Part shown: one piece after another, positions 14,601 to 14,795 of the stretch
Layout of the letters: every line of letters begins with the position of its first letter
How positions within the stretch are numbered: the first letter of the stretch is position 1
NCBI GenBank assembly: GCA_964584035.1
Contig: CAZOYL010000015.1
Location: forward strand, 1 to 14,795
Origin: an uncultured Gemmatimonadota bacterium
GTDB taxonomy: Bacteria; SM23-81
DNA: 14,795 nucleotides
Direction of reading: 5' to 3'
The notes under the pieces: generated by a model
Told to the model about the DNA's origin: nothing
Database searches by the model: none
The model's input: the letters and a program-made list of their open reading frames with translations, nothing else
Position numbers and translations under genes: made by a program

Positions 14601-14795
14601 GCTCTTCATTGAGCAGGGAGAAGACGATGGCGATCTCCTGGTCCCCGGAAAATGGCCTCTGCCCGGCGAGAAGCTCGTAGAAGACCACGCCTAGAGAGAA
14701 GATATCGCTGCGGTGATCGATGGGCTCCCCGGTGGCCTGCTGGGGAGACATATAGGCCACCGTCCCCATGATCTCGCCCTCTTTGGTGAGAATGG
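11695..14795 (-). CDS. Ser/Thr protein kinase - STAND/AAA ATPase - TPR multidomain protein (5' end outside the window)
   Basis: The frame stays open to the window edge (ILTKEGEIMGTVAYMSPQQ...), so M14769 is internal. Kinase subdomains VIII-XI are visible (GTVAYMSP, RSDIFSLGVVFYELLAGQRPF, KEPRDRY). They are followed by LVGRE, Walker A GEAGIGKT (14283-14260), Walker B LFIDDLQWAD, GNP (TEGNPLF), the winged-helix motif YHFDHAKIRD and a long TPR array. Confidence 0.93.
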   Translation of the reverse strand, partial: ILTKEGEIMGTVAYMSPQQATGEPIDHRSDIFSLGVVFYELLAGQRPFSGDQEIAIVFSLLNEEPMGLRELNPEVPRELEQIVFKAIQKEPRDRYDQVGQMVADLDKVRRAMTGGAEVTLGELELIAAEEVVTEEREFRAQLVGREKKLEQLKEHLHTTTLGEGQTVLISGEAGIGKTRLVSELSKHARTRKIRTLTGGCLHRMKSYPYHPFVEAIQEYFQLKGVEGVQKLESFVDSKAPELKAQISVLKVFLNLEGQESAQVVNREELLQSIIKLIERAAAERPLILFIDDLQWADEDTLSLFHYTARWIRRAKVLLVGTYRPEDLSLPGDEISNLLPRVRQEMNREGLLVELPLERLQSEHLHPMVDSLFPGADFGGEFYETLFNETEGNPLFVLETIKLMKVEGMIVQENEHYRLQESPGRLAIPSKVHDVIKRRLQRLNEEEHDILEVASVEGEAFNSATVAECLGLNKIKVLKSLQRLEREHHVIHAAERRYHFDHAKIRDLLYQEILPELRQEYHMLVGSYLRANFSQDEQVIPQIAHHLLEADDPEGALPFLIKAAERAKRVFANAEAIELFTRAREIAGEISWEDESRRTDALSGIGEHLGDIYVLTGRHQEAVEAYAGALGLKDLPGERCSCLMRKTSGVREKQGAFDQALECLRQAQECVQPMAEQDEGRRELGRILIERGAVHYKMGEVEKAEEEIRRGLDLLEGSGASADLAAGYHYLGIVHRSRGDYDQAIQMHMRSLKLREEIGDRWETALSYNNLGIAYKNQGKKDLAVEMYQRCLEIFEQIGYRLGVAGLYNNLGSLAQDKGDYQRAREMFQRSMEIRQEIGNRHGVAMSLTNLGLVCLECGQHDRAREILDESLELQRELGLGDFESITCSYLAQACCRLGCFQEAAEMADEAVTLAVAAGQRGNEGLARRVWGEVRTQMASAAGGEERVELIQGAGLELGRSREIFEELGMEQEIGRTLLELARLHRLAGRPQEAGESAGKARDIFRGIDAQGDLEQAEEILDSLSNDSLSSHP
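12148..12627 (-). repeat. Four tandem 40-aa (120-bp) TPR units inside the kinase-STAND gene
   Basis: Units begin LAAGYHYLG, TALSYNNLG, VAGLYNNLG and VAMSLTNLG. At DNA level CCGATCT recurs at 12281, 12401 and 12521. Confidence 0.85.

Overview
A GC-rich bacterial chromosomal segment with no rRNA, tRNA, CRISPR array or mobile element visible. It holds two convergent gene blocks that meet across an 11-bp gap at 6444-6454. The + block encodes a GNAT acetyltransferase, a probable lipoprotein alpha/beta hydrolase, a Mre11/SbcD-type nuclease coupled to a membrane-anchored Rad50/SMC-like ATPase (YhaO/YhaN-like pair), and glutamine-dependent NAD+ synthetase (nadE). The - block, in transcription order, encodes a 5'-truncated Ser/Thr kinase-STAND ATPase-TPR protein, a 33-aa hydrophobic small ORF missing from the supplied ORF track, an exported two-module M16 zinc peptidase, and a TPR + GWxTD-domain protein. 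The most novel-looking signal lies in the 335-bp gap at 11360-11694. It contains the small ORF, whose strong Shine-Dalgarno is folded into a hairpin just after the kinase stop codon, followed by several stem-loops. This suggests, speculatively, a kinase/TPR-peptide-peptidase module. The gene content resembles FCB-group or Acidobacteria-like lineages (inference only).
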